Shown here: in pieces, positions 51,116 through 59,732 of the stretch
Position numbering within the stretch: the first letter of the stretch is position 1
How the letters are laid out: the number at the start of each line of letters is the position of its first letter
Virus record (IMG/VR): IMGVR_UViG_3300022671_000005
Location: 64,001-128,000 of that record
Source: a virus
Taxonomy: Duplodnaviria; Caudoviricetes
DNA length: 64,000 bases
Reading direction: 5' to 3' (one strand)
Program-made: the position numbers and the translations under genes
The notes under the pieces: model-generated
Told to the model about the DNA's origin: nothing
The model's input: the letters and a program-made list of their open reading frames with translations, nothing else
Database searches by the model: none

Positions 51116-51386
51116 GATTCAGTACCAGGGAACATCGTTCAGGTTAACGTTCGACAAGAATAATGTTCTACATATTACAGATTCAGCAGGACATTCTACT
51201 AATAAATTGAATGGATTCACTATCTACATGTTAACTAAAGATAGTGAGTGGGTCAAGATTGGTAGTATAAGGTCTGGTGAAACAAAAGTCAGTGATTATA
51301 AGGAAGGTGTTGCTGTACAGGATAGTACCGGAAAATATCTCAAGACAACTAGAACCACTAGACACAAAAAGAAGCGTAAAAAATGA
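51108..51386 (+). CDS. Small basic hypothetical protein
   Basis: GTG start after AAGGAGG; K/R-rich tail. Confidence 0.65.
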   Translation: MYKIQYQGTSFRLTFDKNNVLHITDSAGHSTNKLNGFTIYMLTKDSEWVKIGSIRSGETKVSDYKEGVAVQDSTGKYLKTTRTTRHKKKRKK

Positions 51387-51538
51387 AAACTATGATTATC
51401 TTGTTTAAATCATTTCTCAGATGGTCATGTCAACTGGACAGGCCATCTTGTAATGGTGACATAAGAGTTCCTTTGTGGAAATCTATACTGTACGATTACA
51501 TGTGTCTTTTGACGTTAGGTATGTGGCGTCCAAAATAA
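51383..51538 (+). CDS. Small hypothetical protein (51 aa, not in the ORF track)
   Basis: ATGA overlap with the previous gene; MKTMIILFKSFLRWSC... Confidence 0.5.
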   Translation: MKTMIILFKSFLRWSCQLDRPSCNGDIRVPLWKSILYDYMCLLTLGMWRPK

Positions 51539-51553
51539 TTCAGTGTGTTGTAG

Positions 51554-51581
51554 GGTAGTAGTCCAAATATGGACTACTACC
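51554..51581 (+). terminator. 12-bp-stem hairpin
   Basis: GGTAGTAGTCCA-aata-TGGACTACTACC. Confidence 0.7.
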
Positions 51582-51667
51582 TCTATTTTCACTTTCTACT
51601 TTTTAATTTTCTTTTGATATGGTATACTAAAAGAAGGAACATATTAACACAATACTCGGAGTTAAGA

Positions 51668-53231
51668 ATGTCTGAGAATCAACAATTCTTGCACTCAACT
51701 TACAAAAAGAATAAGATACAAAAAGATATCTATACAGATGCACTAATGATCTGCTCTAAAGACATAGAGACAGGTGAACCTAAATTCACAACACATGTGA
51801 ATCCAAAACGTATAATGTATACAGTAAAACCTATGCTTAGAAATGAATTTACTGTGATGAAGGAAGCTCACCACATGAGAGACCTTGAAGCTAGGTCTGT
51901 ATACAATCATGAGTTAGAAAACCAACTTGCTAAAGCATTGGGTATGTATCACTATGGATATGTCAGACCTGAAAAAGTTTTGAATAGTCCATACAGTGCA
52001 GGTAACGATATATCCATAGATGTACTATATAAACATGAGATGAATAGTAAGATACCTAGAACAGCAGACCGTTATACTGTAGGTGGATTTGACATTGAAA
52101 CAGATGTTGTTAATGGTACCGATGCTATACTCTGTATTTCATATGTTAGTGACGACCATACTGTTTATTTATCTATACTCAAATCATTCCTTAAAGGGCA
52201 AGTTGATGTAGATAAAATTAGAGAGTGTTGCATTGAAAAGGTTTCTAAATTCATAAGCACCCTTAATCCAAAAGCTAAATCTGTTATAGATAAATGCCCT
52301 ATTAAGGATTACCACATACAGATATGTGATACAGAAGTTGAGCAGATTAAATGGATATGGGGTAAGGTGCATGAGAAGAAAGACAATGCTCTAAGTATCT
52401 GGAATATGGTCTTCGATATGGGCAAAATTATCGATAGGTTAGAATTCTATGGGGTTAACCCAGAAAGTGTCATGTGTCACCCTGAAGCACCTAATGAATT
52501 TAGAGTTTGTAATTTGCAGGAAGATACAACTCCCATTGAGAAACTTGGGCACATAACTTATAGATGGGATGTTATGCATTTATCTGGTTATACACAACCT
52601 ATAGACAGCATGTGTTTGTATAGTAGACTAAGACGTGTTGAAGGATTGAAGAGTAGTCGTGCTTTAGGTAGTGTGGCTGCAGAAACTATAGGTTCAACCA
52701 AGATGGATTTTGGTGATGATGGTCATTATCAGATGCAATCAGAAAGACCAGTTGAATATTGTGCATACAACGTTATTGATAGTTTAATATTACCTATACA
52801 TGACAAAGTGACTAATGATGTTGGAAGTATGTTTCTACTAACTGAAAATAGTGTCATCCCATCATTTGCAAAACAGACTGTTCAACTATCAGATGCGTTT
52901 TTCAAATATCTTAAAGATAGAGATATGGTTCCTGGTTCATGTAAAGGAAATATAAGTCTTGTATTAGATAAAGAGACTGGGGAGATAAAACCTTGGTCAA
53001 CTTGGTTATCTAAATATGGCAAGAGTATCAAAATAAGTCCTACCTACAGAATAAGTGAAATACAGCAGAGAATCTATGATGGGTTAATGATTAACCTTGA
53101 TGATATAATAAAAAATACTGGTGGTGGTGTACTTAATCCACTACTGACAGATAGAACAGGTGTGGCTCTATTGGAAGAGTCGGACAATGAAGTAAGTGCA
53201 GCTATGGCTGTTTCAGATTTGGATGTTGCGT
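51668..53231 (+). CDS. Family B DNA polymerase subunit (phiKZ gp82-like; 3'-5' exonuclease plus motif A), exon 1
   Basis: Start MSENQQ after GGAG. ExoI FDIETD, ExoII WNMVFD, ExoIII YNVID. Ends in DLDVAS at the 5' splice site. Confidence 0.88.
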
Positions 53232-53566
53232 CAACATACTCAGGCGCCTTACATTAGTAATAATGTAATGATAACCCTTTGAATTGCTGGAAATCCCTAA
53301 AGAACCTATGCCACATATATCACGAAAGTAGATATAGATGGAGTTGAAAGACAGAAAAAAGTTAGGTTATGAACTATGCCAAAAGCTAAGGTTTGAGACT
53401 TGTCTTAATTGATAAGTTAAAATGGGTAATCAGCAGGCAAGTTCCTAAGTTCAATACGAATATGGAAAAGCTCCAACGATCAACCTTTGACAAGGTGTAC
53501 TGGAACTTACTGTTCTGGGAAGCGGAGGGCATCCTAATATAGGATGATGATATGATCTACAACAAG
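53232..53566 (+). ncRNA. Group I intron (IA-like, no homing endonuclease ORF), 335 nt
   Basis: P1 GCGU/GCGC with U-G at the splice site; P10 ATACTCAG pairs with exon 2 CTGAGTAT; P2 with GUAA loop; P AATTGCTGGAAA; Q AATCAGCAGG; P7 GATCA/TGATC; P7.1/P7.2; P8; terminal G. Splicing restores DVASEYP. Confidence 0.93.
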
Positions 53567-53817
53567 CTGAGTATCCAAATGTTACTATAAAAATCAATTG
53601 TAGTAAAGAAACAAAGCTATCAACAGCATTATCAATACAGGGTCTAAAAACGAGTGCCATAACTGATTTCTTCAGTCATTATAGTGCTACATATGAAAAT
53701 GCAGTATATCTGTGTAATAAATATTTTGGACTCCCAAACTATGAAGAAATGGCAAGATTAGCAACTGAAAAAGTTAAAGGGTTTAATGCTAATAAACTAT
53801 TTACTCCATCGAGATAA
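53567..53817 (+). CDS. DNA polymerase subunit, exon 2 (spliced product 604 aa)
   Basis: (S)EYPNVTIKINCSKET...ENAVYLCNKYFGLPNYEEM...; in frame after splicing. Confidence 0.88.
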
Positions 53818-53821
53818 TAAG

Positions 53822-53840
53822 TATATATTACCTATGTGAA
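53822..53840 (+). promoter_or_regulatory. Putative early promoter
   Basis: TATATATTAC-ctatg-TGAA. Confidence 0.75.
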
Positions 53841-53862
53841 AAACAATAACAAAAGGTACTAT

Positions 53863-54231
53863 ATGATAAATTATTTTAAACAGAGTAGTAGACAAAGTAG
53901 TCAAACTATCTTAGACAAAATACTTGTTAATCACCCACCTTGGGCACTACCATCTTATGTGGTAGATACTGGTGAAAACAATCAATTACTGTACTTCTGT
54001 CAGAACCTACAAGCGGTTAGCTGGATACTCAATAAATTGGGTAATGGGGAAGACAGAGCTCCAGATAAATTGTATGTTAATCCATTCAATCATCGTCTAC
54101 CATATGTAGATGAATCTAATTTGGAAGAGTTGTTTTACTTGTTCATTAAAGCGGACGAAGAACATTCTAACTGGGTTGTTGTATTTGAATACACTAACCT
54201 AGGACCAGAGTATGAGATTTTATCTATGTAA
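53863..54231 (+). CDS. Hypothetical early protein
   Basis: Start revised to MINYFKQ (AAGG RBS; the GTG at 53836 lies inside the promoter motif). Confidence 0.65.
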   Translation: MINYFKQSSRQSSQTILDKILVNHPPWALPSYVVDTGENNQLLYFCQNLQAVSWILNKLGNGEDRAPDKLYVNPFNHRLPYVDESNLEELFYLFIKADEEHSNWVVVFEYTNLGPEYEILSM

Positions 54232-54288
54232 TAAAAGTAACAATAGATTAGCCCTACTAAGGTGGGTTTATTATATAAAAAATAAAAG

Positions 54289-54591
54289 GTGTCCAAAATG
54301 GTACACAAAGATCCCAAACTTGATCACATGATCAATGAAGTTAAGGATGATTGGGAAGAAGTGAAACATGAAGTCGAAACCAAATTAAAACTTGGTAGAC
54401 TAGAGATGGACCACTTGAAGTTAATTGACACAGTTGAAGAATCTATGATTCATATAACCAACCGATCTCCTAATTCTAAAGATCAGTTGAAGACAGTCTG
54501 TGATGAAGCAGAGAGTCTTCGCTCTAAGGTTAGAAGAAAATTAATGAGAGAAAGAACAACTGAAATACCGTACCCTTGTATAGTTAGTTGA
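54289..54591 (+). CDS. Hypothetical helical protein
   Basis: About 100 aa; followed by a hairpin. Confidence 0.65.
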   Translation: MSKMVHKDPKLDHMINEVKDDWEEVKHEVETKLKLGRLEMDHLKLIDTVEESMIHITNRSPNSKDQLKTVCDEAESLRSKVRRKLMRERTTEIPYPCIVS

Positions 54592-54600
54592 TTCAAAAAC

Positions 54601-54637
54601 CAACACACTACATCCTCATCGAGGATGTAGTGTGTTG
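54601..54637 (+). terminator. 17-bp-stem hairpin
   Basis: CAACACACTACATCCTC-atc-GAGGATGTAGTGTGTTG. Confidence 0.8.
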
Positions 54638-54681
54638 TCATTTTATAGATAAACGTTAATTATTTTATTTTGGAGGAACCT

Positions 54682-55128
54682 ATGACTTGGGTTAAAAAGA
54701 TTTTAATCCCAACAAGCATTGCAGTATTCATTGCTGTCTCTAGTTGGGTTGGAAAAACATTAATACAGTCCATGAACGACATGGCATCGATGACATCTAA
54801 TGTTGAACAATGCACTAAATCTATAGACAAACTTTCAGAAAGGTGTGACAAACTATCCACTAAATGTGAAGTATTACAAAACACATTAACTGAACTAAAA
54901 GTAAGACTTGAAGTTACTAAATTAGAGTCTATGGAAAGTACTTTGGGTATGCTAGAAAGAGTTGAAGAACTTAGATATAAAGGTCCTGTGATACCCTCAT
55001 CTAGTGGTGGTGATAATTCTGATTATCCGGCTTTATATCCCAGCCCTACTGGGGCAGATTTGAATCCAAAAAAATTAAATAATGAAATTATAGAACAAAA
55101 GAAATTAATTAAATCTATTAAACCTTAA
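54682..55128 (+). CDS. Membrane-anchored coiled-coil protein (possible lysis accessory)
   Basis: ATG after GGAGG; N-terminal TM ILIPTSIAVFIAVSSWVG followed by a coiled coil. Confidence 0.65.
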   Translation: MTWVKKILIPTSIAVFIAVSSWVGKTLIQSMNDMASMTSNVEQCTKSIDKLSERCDKLSTKCEVLQNTLTELKVRLEVTKLESMESTLGMLERVEELRYKGPVIPSSSGGDNSDYPALYPSPTGADLNPKKLNNEIIEQKKLIKSIKP

Positions 55129-55146
55129 TAGTTTTTAATATAAGCA

Positions 55147-55182
55147 TATATCATCTAGCACCCTAGGGTGCTAGATGATATA
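55147..55182. repeat. 36-bp perfect palindrome centred on CCCTAGGG between convergent genes
   Basis: TATATCATCTAGCACCCT|AGGGTGCTAGATGATATA. Confidence 0.88.
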
Positions 55183-55195
55183 GAGTCTTATATCT

Positions 55196-55441
55196 TTACC
55201 ATTTACCTATTGGACACGACATAGCTTCTAAGAATGCTTTAACTTTCAATATACAGCCACATTCTGTACAAATACCATTTTCATACTTGTCACATTCTTT
55301 ACAGATATCAATTCGTTCATCTCTAGTTGCAATCGGTACCAGAATATTCTTTTTATGAATTATCTTACCTTTAACAACTTTGTAAGCTGCTTGGGAAACA
55401 GACTTAGCACAACAAGCTAAAGATGGTTTCTTTCTGACCAT
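55196..55441 (-). CDS. Cys-rich DUF6171-like protein
   Basis: R...CKEC......CTECGC....K......CPIGKW. Confidence 0.75.
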   Translation of the reverse strand: MVRKKPSLACCAKSVSQAAYKVVKGKIIHKKNILVPIATRDERIDICKECDKYENGICTECGCILKVKAFLEAMSCPIGKW

Positions 55442-55447
55442 TGTAGT

Positions 55448-56035
55448 TTAGAATCGCTTAACAAAAAGCCTTGAATAGTATTCTTCTCCAACAGCCGCAT
55501 TGTTAATTGGCTTCCCAGTTCTGAAATCTACATTTGGAAAACATTCAAACTGAACATCTTTAGTATCATCTAATGTTAATGGTACAACAACACTTATACC
55601 ATTCCCATTTTCATGCCCGTTAGCATAGTAGTCAATAGCAGCAGATGGGTTTATGTTAGGTAAACGTTCTATCAATGTCCCATCTGTAACATTCCAAAAT
55701 CTTAATGCTCCCCAAGAAAAGATGGGTTGTCCTTCTGGTCTGAAATTTACATGTAGGTGAAATTCATAATAACCAGCTTCAAAAGTAAATACATTTGCAT
55801 TTAAACTTGAACCATTTATATTGTTCACACCTACAGTATCTGTAAATGGAATAATTCTCCAATCCCCAGACGTTAATAAAACACCGTCTGTGCCTTGAGC
55901 ATATTTCTCAACAACTGTCCAACTACTAGAACCAGACACTAACTCCAGTTCTTTTTTGGACAACAATGAATCTTCACCTATATCTGTCATATTCCTAGAA
56001 ACACCTTTCAGTCTAGGATCAATTATTTTTGTCAT
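55448..56035 (-). CDS. Fibre-tip / C1q-like beta-sandwich virion protein
   Basis: Jelly-roll-type pattern (W..IPF...FTFEAGYYEF); N-terminus resembles that of the 60341-63535 protein. Confidence 0.55.
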   Translation of the reverse strand: MTKIIDPRLKGVSRNMTDIGEDSLLSKKELELVSGSSSWTVVEKYAQGTDGVLLTSGDWRIIPFTDTVGVNNINGSSLNANVFTFEAGYYEFHLHVNFRPEGQPIFSWGALRFWNVTDGTLIERLPNINPSAAIDYYANGHENGNGISVVVPLTLDDTKDVQFECFPNVDFRTGKPINNAAVGEEYYSRLFVKRF

Positions 56036-56100
56036 AATTAAATAACTCCGTTTGTGGTTGTAAATTAAGTCTATATAATGGTTTGTAAAATAAGATATTA

Positions 56101-56136
56101 AGTAACAGATGTAACCCTAGGGTTACATCTGTTACT
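56101..56136. repeat. 36-bp perfect palindrome centred on CCCTAGGG
   Basis: AGTAACAGATGTAACCCT|AGGGTTACATCTGTTACT. Confidence 0.88.
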
Positions 56137-56144
56137 ATTTAAAA

Positions 56145-56918
56145 TTATATTTCTGTGAACCACGTTGGTCCATCTTTCAATTCATCATTAATGATGGTTA
56201 CACCATCAATAGCTAACATTACATTTGTTACAATAGCTTCAGTAACTCCTGTAAGTATTTTTGGTAAATCGAGTTGTAGTATATCCTCTAAAGGATTTGT
56301 AGTGTAAGCAACGATATCAATATCGTTTATCATGTAATAAGTCTTTACACCACTACCTCTATCTTCACGAATTATTGTTAATGTAAACCAGTCATTACCT
56401 TGAATTAATCCAGAAGCGCAAGTAGTTGGCGAAACACCGGAAGCAATTGGATCTATAGTTACAGAACCATCTGGGTGATGGATCACATGATTGGTACCAT
56501 TGAGCGATACTAAAGATATGTCACTATCAGAGTAATCACCACCATCTCCAGGATCCGGATGTATAATCTCTTTATTTAGCTTATAAGAAATATTGAAGAT
56601 GTAGTTGTCAGTTATTGAGGGTATGACGTCATCAAACCTATATGTGGTAGTTGAATTAACCAACATTCCAAAATCGTCAATATCTATTTCTACAATCCTT
56701 TCAACATCATCATAAGTAGTATGAGTTGCTCTTACATGAACACGTTTTGTACCAGGAGGTATATAATCATAACCTGCTCTTAGTTCATTATTGATAATTA
56801 AGAAAAGGTGATCATGATCACCATCTCCTGTCAATTCAAAAGTCCAACCATGGTTATGATTCTCACCACCATTAGTACTAAGTATATACAGTATGGTTTC
56901 AGGAGTGGTATCAATCAC
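56145..56918 (-). CDS. Acidic beta-rich hypothetical (virion-associated?) protein
   Basis: GTG start after GAGG; last gene of the minus-strand operon. Confidence 0.65.
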   Translation of the reverse strand: MIDTTPETILYILSTNGGENHNHGWTFELTGDGDHDHLFLIINNELRAGYDYIPPGTKRVHVRATHTTYDDVERIVEIDIDDFGMLVNSTTTYRFDDVIPSITDNYIFNISYKLNKEIIHPDPGDGGDYSDSDISLVSLNGTNHVIHHPDGSVTIDPIASGVSPTTCASGLIQGNDWFTLTIIREDRGSGVKTYYMINDIDIVAYTTNPLEDILQLDLPKILTGVTEAIVTNVMLAIDGVTIINDELKDGPTWFTEI

Positions 56919-56933
56919 AATATAACCTCAGAG

Positions 56934-57419
56934 TTAAGAAGGTGCATATACAAACGGTAAGAATGTACAGTAACCTGTTTTACCACTATTACTTGAGTAT
57001 TGGATTTCTACAACCTCTCCAGGAAGAACATTAAGTGGAAACGCATCAGCTTCTACACCTGTTCCAAAATCTGTAGTGAGGTTTGCTCCACCATCAACTC
57101 GAACAGATACAGGTTCACCATCTATCCATACTCTAAGTATGCCACCTTCAGTAGCTGTGAATATAGTCTGCCAAGTATTATTAGCAGGTATACTAATTTC
57201 ATTATAATTAGCAGCAAGATACCTAGAAATCATACGTTCAGGTATACTGTAATTGGTCTTACCTTGTGGATCAGGATTGTTGTATATAAAAGGAGATATA
57301 CCATTCAAGTCTGGAGATGTATCATTGGCACTACCAGACAATTGCTCTATCCTTTCGTATACTACACCATCTTCAAGTATAAACTGACCATAATCATTGA
57401 CATAAAAAAGATCTGGCAT
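56934..57419 (-). CDS. Paralog family protein 4 (small fibre/decoration-like)
   Basis: MPDL...G..I..G..YER...GILRVW...PFVY. Confidence 0.75.
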   Translation of the reverse strand: MPDLFYVNDYGQFILEDGVVYERIEQLSGSANDTSPDLNGISPFIYNNPDPQGKTNYSIPERMISRYLAANYNEISIPANNTWQTIFTATEGGILRVWIDGEPVSVRVDGGANLTTDFGTGVEADAFPLNVLPGEVVEIQYSSNSGKTGYCTFLPFVYAPS

Positions 57420-57430
57420 TTAAAACCTCC

Positions 57431-57916
57431 TTATGCCCCATGAACAAATGGATAAATGATTCCACTAACTGTTTCTAATTCATCAGGAAACGCAGAGACA
57501 ACATCACCTGCTGCAACGTTGATACCAACTGCACCATTTTGACCAACTTGTTCTACGTTTAAGAATTCAACCTGTATACCATTAACATGAACTGGTACGT
57601 TGTATTCATGGGAGCTTTTCCACAATCTCAATACACCAGATACTGGAACAGGGTTGGATATATCTATCTCAGTCTTATCTCCAGGATTAGTCACAGGAGT
57701 TAATTTGTAAAAATAATCAGCAACTCCATGTCTTTGAGCACTATATGAACTAACTGATTGTTCATCTGCATATGTGTATGTAAAACCAGTGGCATATCCA
57801 GTTGATGGGACTACGTTATCAGGAGCATGTGGCACACCTGTGGCCACACGTTCATACGCAATACCTCCAACTATTATCACTGGCCCATAATCTGTTACAG
57901 AATATAGATCGGCCAT
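57431..57916 (-). CDS. Paralog family protein 3
   Basis: MADL...G..I..G..YER...GVLRLW...VNG...V..GDVV...PFV. Confidence 0.75.
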   Translation of the reverse strand: MADLYSVTDYGPVIIVGGIAYERVATGVPHAPDNVVPSTGYATGFTYTYADEQSVSSYSAQRHGVADYFYKLTPVTNPGDKTEIDISNPVPVSGVLRLWKSSHEYNVPVHVNGIQVEFLNVEQVGQNGAVGINVAAGDVVSAFPDELETVSGIIYPFVHGA

Positions 57917-57927
57917 AAAGGTATCTC

Positions 57928-58650
57928 CTAAATGATATACGTATCAACAGTATCGGGTTGTCCAATATAAGTTGATTTAATATCTTGGTATAATGTTAAG
58001 GCTTGTTCGACAAGAGGTGACTCATATTCATCAAGGGCAGAAGTATCTTGTACTATTTGCTTGGGAATTTCCAAAGCTTTAGAAAAATCACCGCTTCCTA
58101 GAAAATCCTGCATCCTAGCAAGTTCAGTTGTAGGGTCTGCACAAATTTGATCATAGTCGAACATAGTGTAGTTTATTTTTTCATTTTCAATAAGCTTCTT
58201 AAGAATACTCATATACTTTATATAGTCTTCAAAGAATAAATCATAAGGATCTAATTCCGTTTCGTTAATGTTATCAAAGAAATCAGATAATTCTTTTTGA
58301 GACACTACAGTAGATTTAGGATTTCTGATAATGACGATACATCTATCTATCAGACTCATATCACTACCAATAGTGTTTCTAATCATAAGTTTGAAGAAAT
58401 TAAAACCTTTTACCAATCCACTAGGCATTTTAGTAATACCACTAAAGGTTTCTTTACATTCAAAGTAACCTAATTTATTGAAGGACTTAAATTTCTCAAG
58501 TTGATCTTCTGTTGCATCTTTCAAAATACCAGACCAACCATTGAAACCTTTAAGTATTTTTTTCTCACCAAATACTGTCTCCAATATATACATAGTCATG
58601 CTGGAACCAGATCTAGGTTCAGATAATACTGCTACAAGTTTATTTGACAT
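57928..58650 (-). CDS. PAPS-dependent sulfotransferase-family protein
   Basis: 5'-PSB loop SEPRSGSS, 3'-PB IIRNPKSTVVS, YDQICADP...L..FLG. Confidence 0.82.
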   Translation of the reverse strand: MSNKLVAVLSEPRSGSSMTMYILETVFGEKKILKGFNGWSGILKDATEDQLEKFKSFNKLGYFECKETFSGITKMPSGLVKGFNFFKLMIRNTIGSDMSLIDRCIVIIRNPKSTVVSQKELSDFFDNINETELDPYDLFFEDYIKYMSILKKLIENEKINYTMFDYDQICADPTTELARMQDFLGSGDFSKALEIPKQIVQDTSALDEYESPLVEQALTLYQDIKSTYIGQPDTVDTYII

Positions 58651-58668
58651 TATTTAATCCTTTCAAGT

Positions 58669-59181
58669 TTATGGTGAACCAGTATATTCAAATGGGAAAA
58701 TTCTAACATATACTTGTTTAAAGGTAGTATATGTTTCATTATTATACACTTGAACAAAATCGCCTACATTAACGTTAGCTGCTCTAGCATATGAATAACC
58801 TGGACCAGATGGTGTTCCATAATTTATACCATTAACATATAATCTGAGATTGTTGTGGGTTGCATAATAGGTTTCCCACATCCTTATAACACCTGCAACA
58901 GGACAATTGTAGTTGAATACTGTTTGGTATGATTTACCTCCAACATCTGCGACAGCAAAGGTATACTCATTTATAGCTACAGCAGCTCTCTCTGCAGGCA
59001 TCACAGTGTCACCTTGAGCATCTGCTAAATCAAAAGTAACATCATTTATATTAGTAGTATCTCCAGGACTAATAGTGCCAACAGGAACATGTTGAACAGG
59101 TGTTAGTGATACTCTCTTGTACACTATACCGTCAACTATTATAGCTGCTCCCTGGTTAGCCGGAAAGTATAAATCTGGCAT
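58669..59181 (-). CDS. Paralog family protein 2
   Basis: MPDL...G..I..G..YKR...GVIRMW...VNG...V..GD.V...PFEY. Confidence 0.75.
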   Translation of the reverse strand: MPDLYFPANQGAAIIVDGIVYKRVSLTPVQHVPVGTISPGDTTNINDVTFDLADAQGDTVMPAERAAVAINEYTFAVADVGGKSYQTVFNYNCPVAGVIRMWETYYATHNNLRLYVNGINYGTPSGPGYSYARAANVNVGDFVQVYNNETYTTFKQVYVRIFPFEYTGSP

Positions 59182-59207
59182 ATTTTTTATTCCTTATTAA
59201 GTTGTTA

Positions 59208-59720
59208 TTAATCATTTCCGTCGTAAGTATAGGGGTAGGTTCTACTGAAGAACTCTCTTGTGGTATATAGTTCATTATTGTAAAATTCGACAGTATCTCC
59301 TGCGACAACAGCTACTCCTATCGCATTTGAAAATCCACTACCTGGACAACTTCCACGATAAATACCATTTACAAACACTTGTTGTTGAGTGGCTCCAGTG
59401 AATGAAAAGTCTCCCCACATTCTTAATATTCCAGTTATAGGGAAATTTTCAAACCAAGGGGTTGACCAAGACTTTCCATTTACAAGATATGATGCATTAG
59501 AGTGAAATACTTCACCAGCAAGCATTCTGGCTGCACTATAAACAGTGTGTCCATTATCATCAGCATGGTCCCAAGTATATTCATACCTAGCTATAAGGTC
59601 TGCGGAATCTACAGTGTCTGCCACTCCAGATCCTCCAGGGGTAGAAGACACTCTTTCATAGATAATGCCATTTTTAAAAATAGCTTCACCTAGATTATTT
59701 ATAAAATTTAAATCACCCAT
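59208..59720 (-). CDS. Paralog family protein 1
   Basis: MGDL...G..I..G..YER...GILRMW...VNG...V..GDTV...PYTY. Confidence 0.75.
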   Translation of the reverse strand: MGDLNFINNLGEAIFKNGIIYERVSSTPGGSGVADTVDSADLIARYEYTWDHADDNGHTVYSAARMLAGEVFHSNASYLVNGKSWSTPWFENFPITGILRMWGDFSFTGATQQQVFVNGIYRGSCPGSGFSNAIGVAVVAGDTVEFYNNELYTTREFFSRTYPYTYDGND

Positions 59721-59732
59721 TAGTATCTCCTA

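Noticed and set aside
51569-51667. N-terminal extension of the polymerase in the ORF track
   Set aside because: The ATG lies inside a hairpin with no RBS; the ATG at 51668 follows GGAG.
53451-53660. 69-aa minus-strand ORF at the intron as a possible homing endonuclease
   Set aside because: It is antisense to the intron core and exon 2, with no HNH, GIY-YIG or LAGLIDADG motif.
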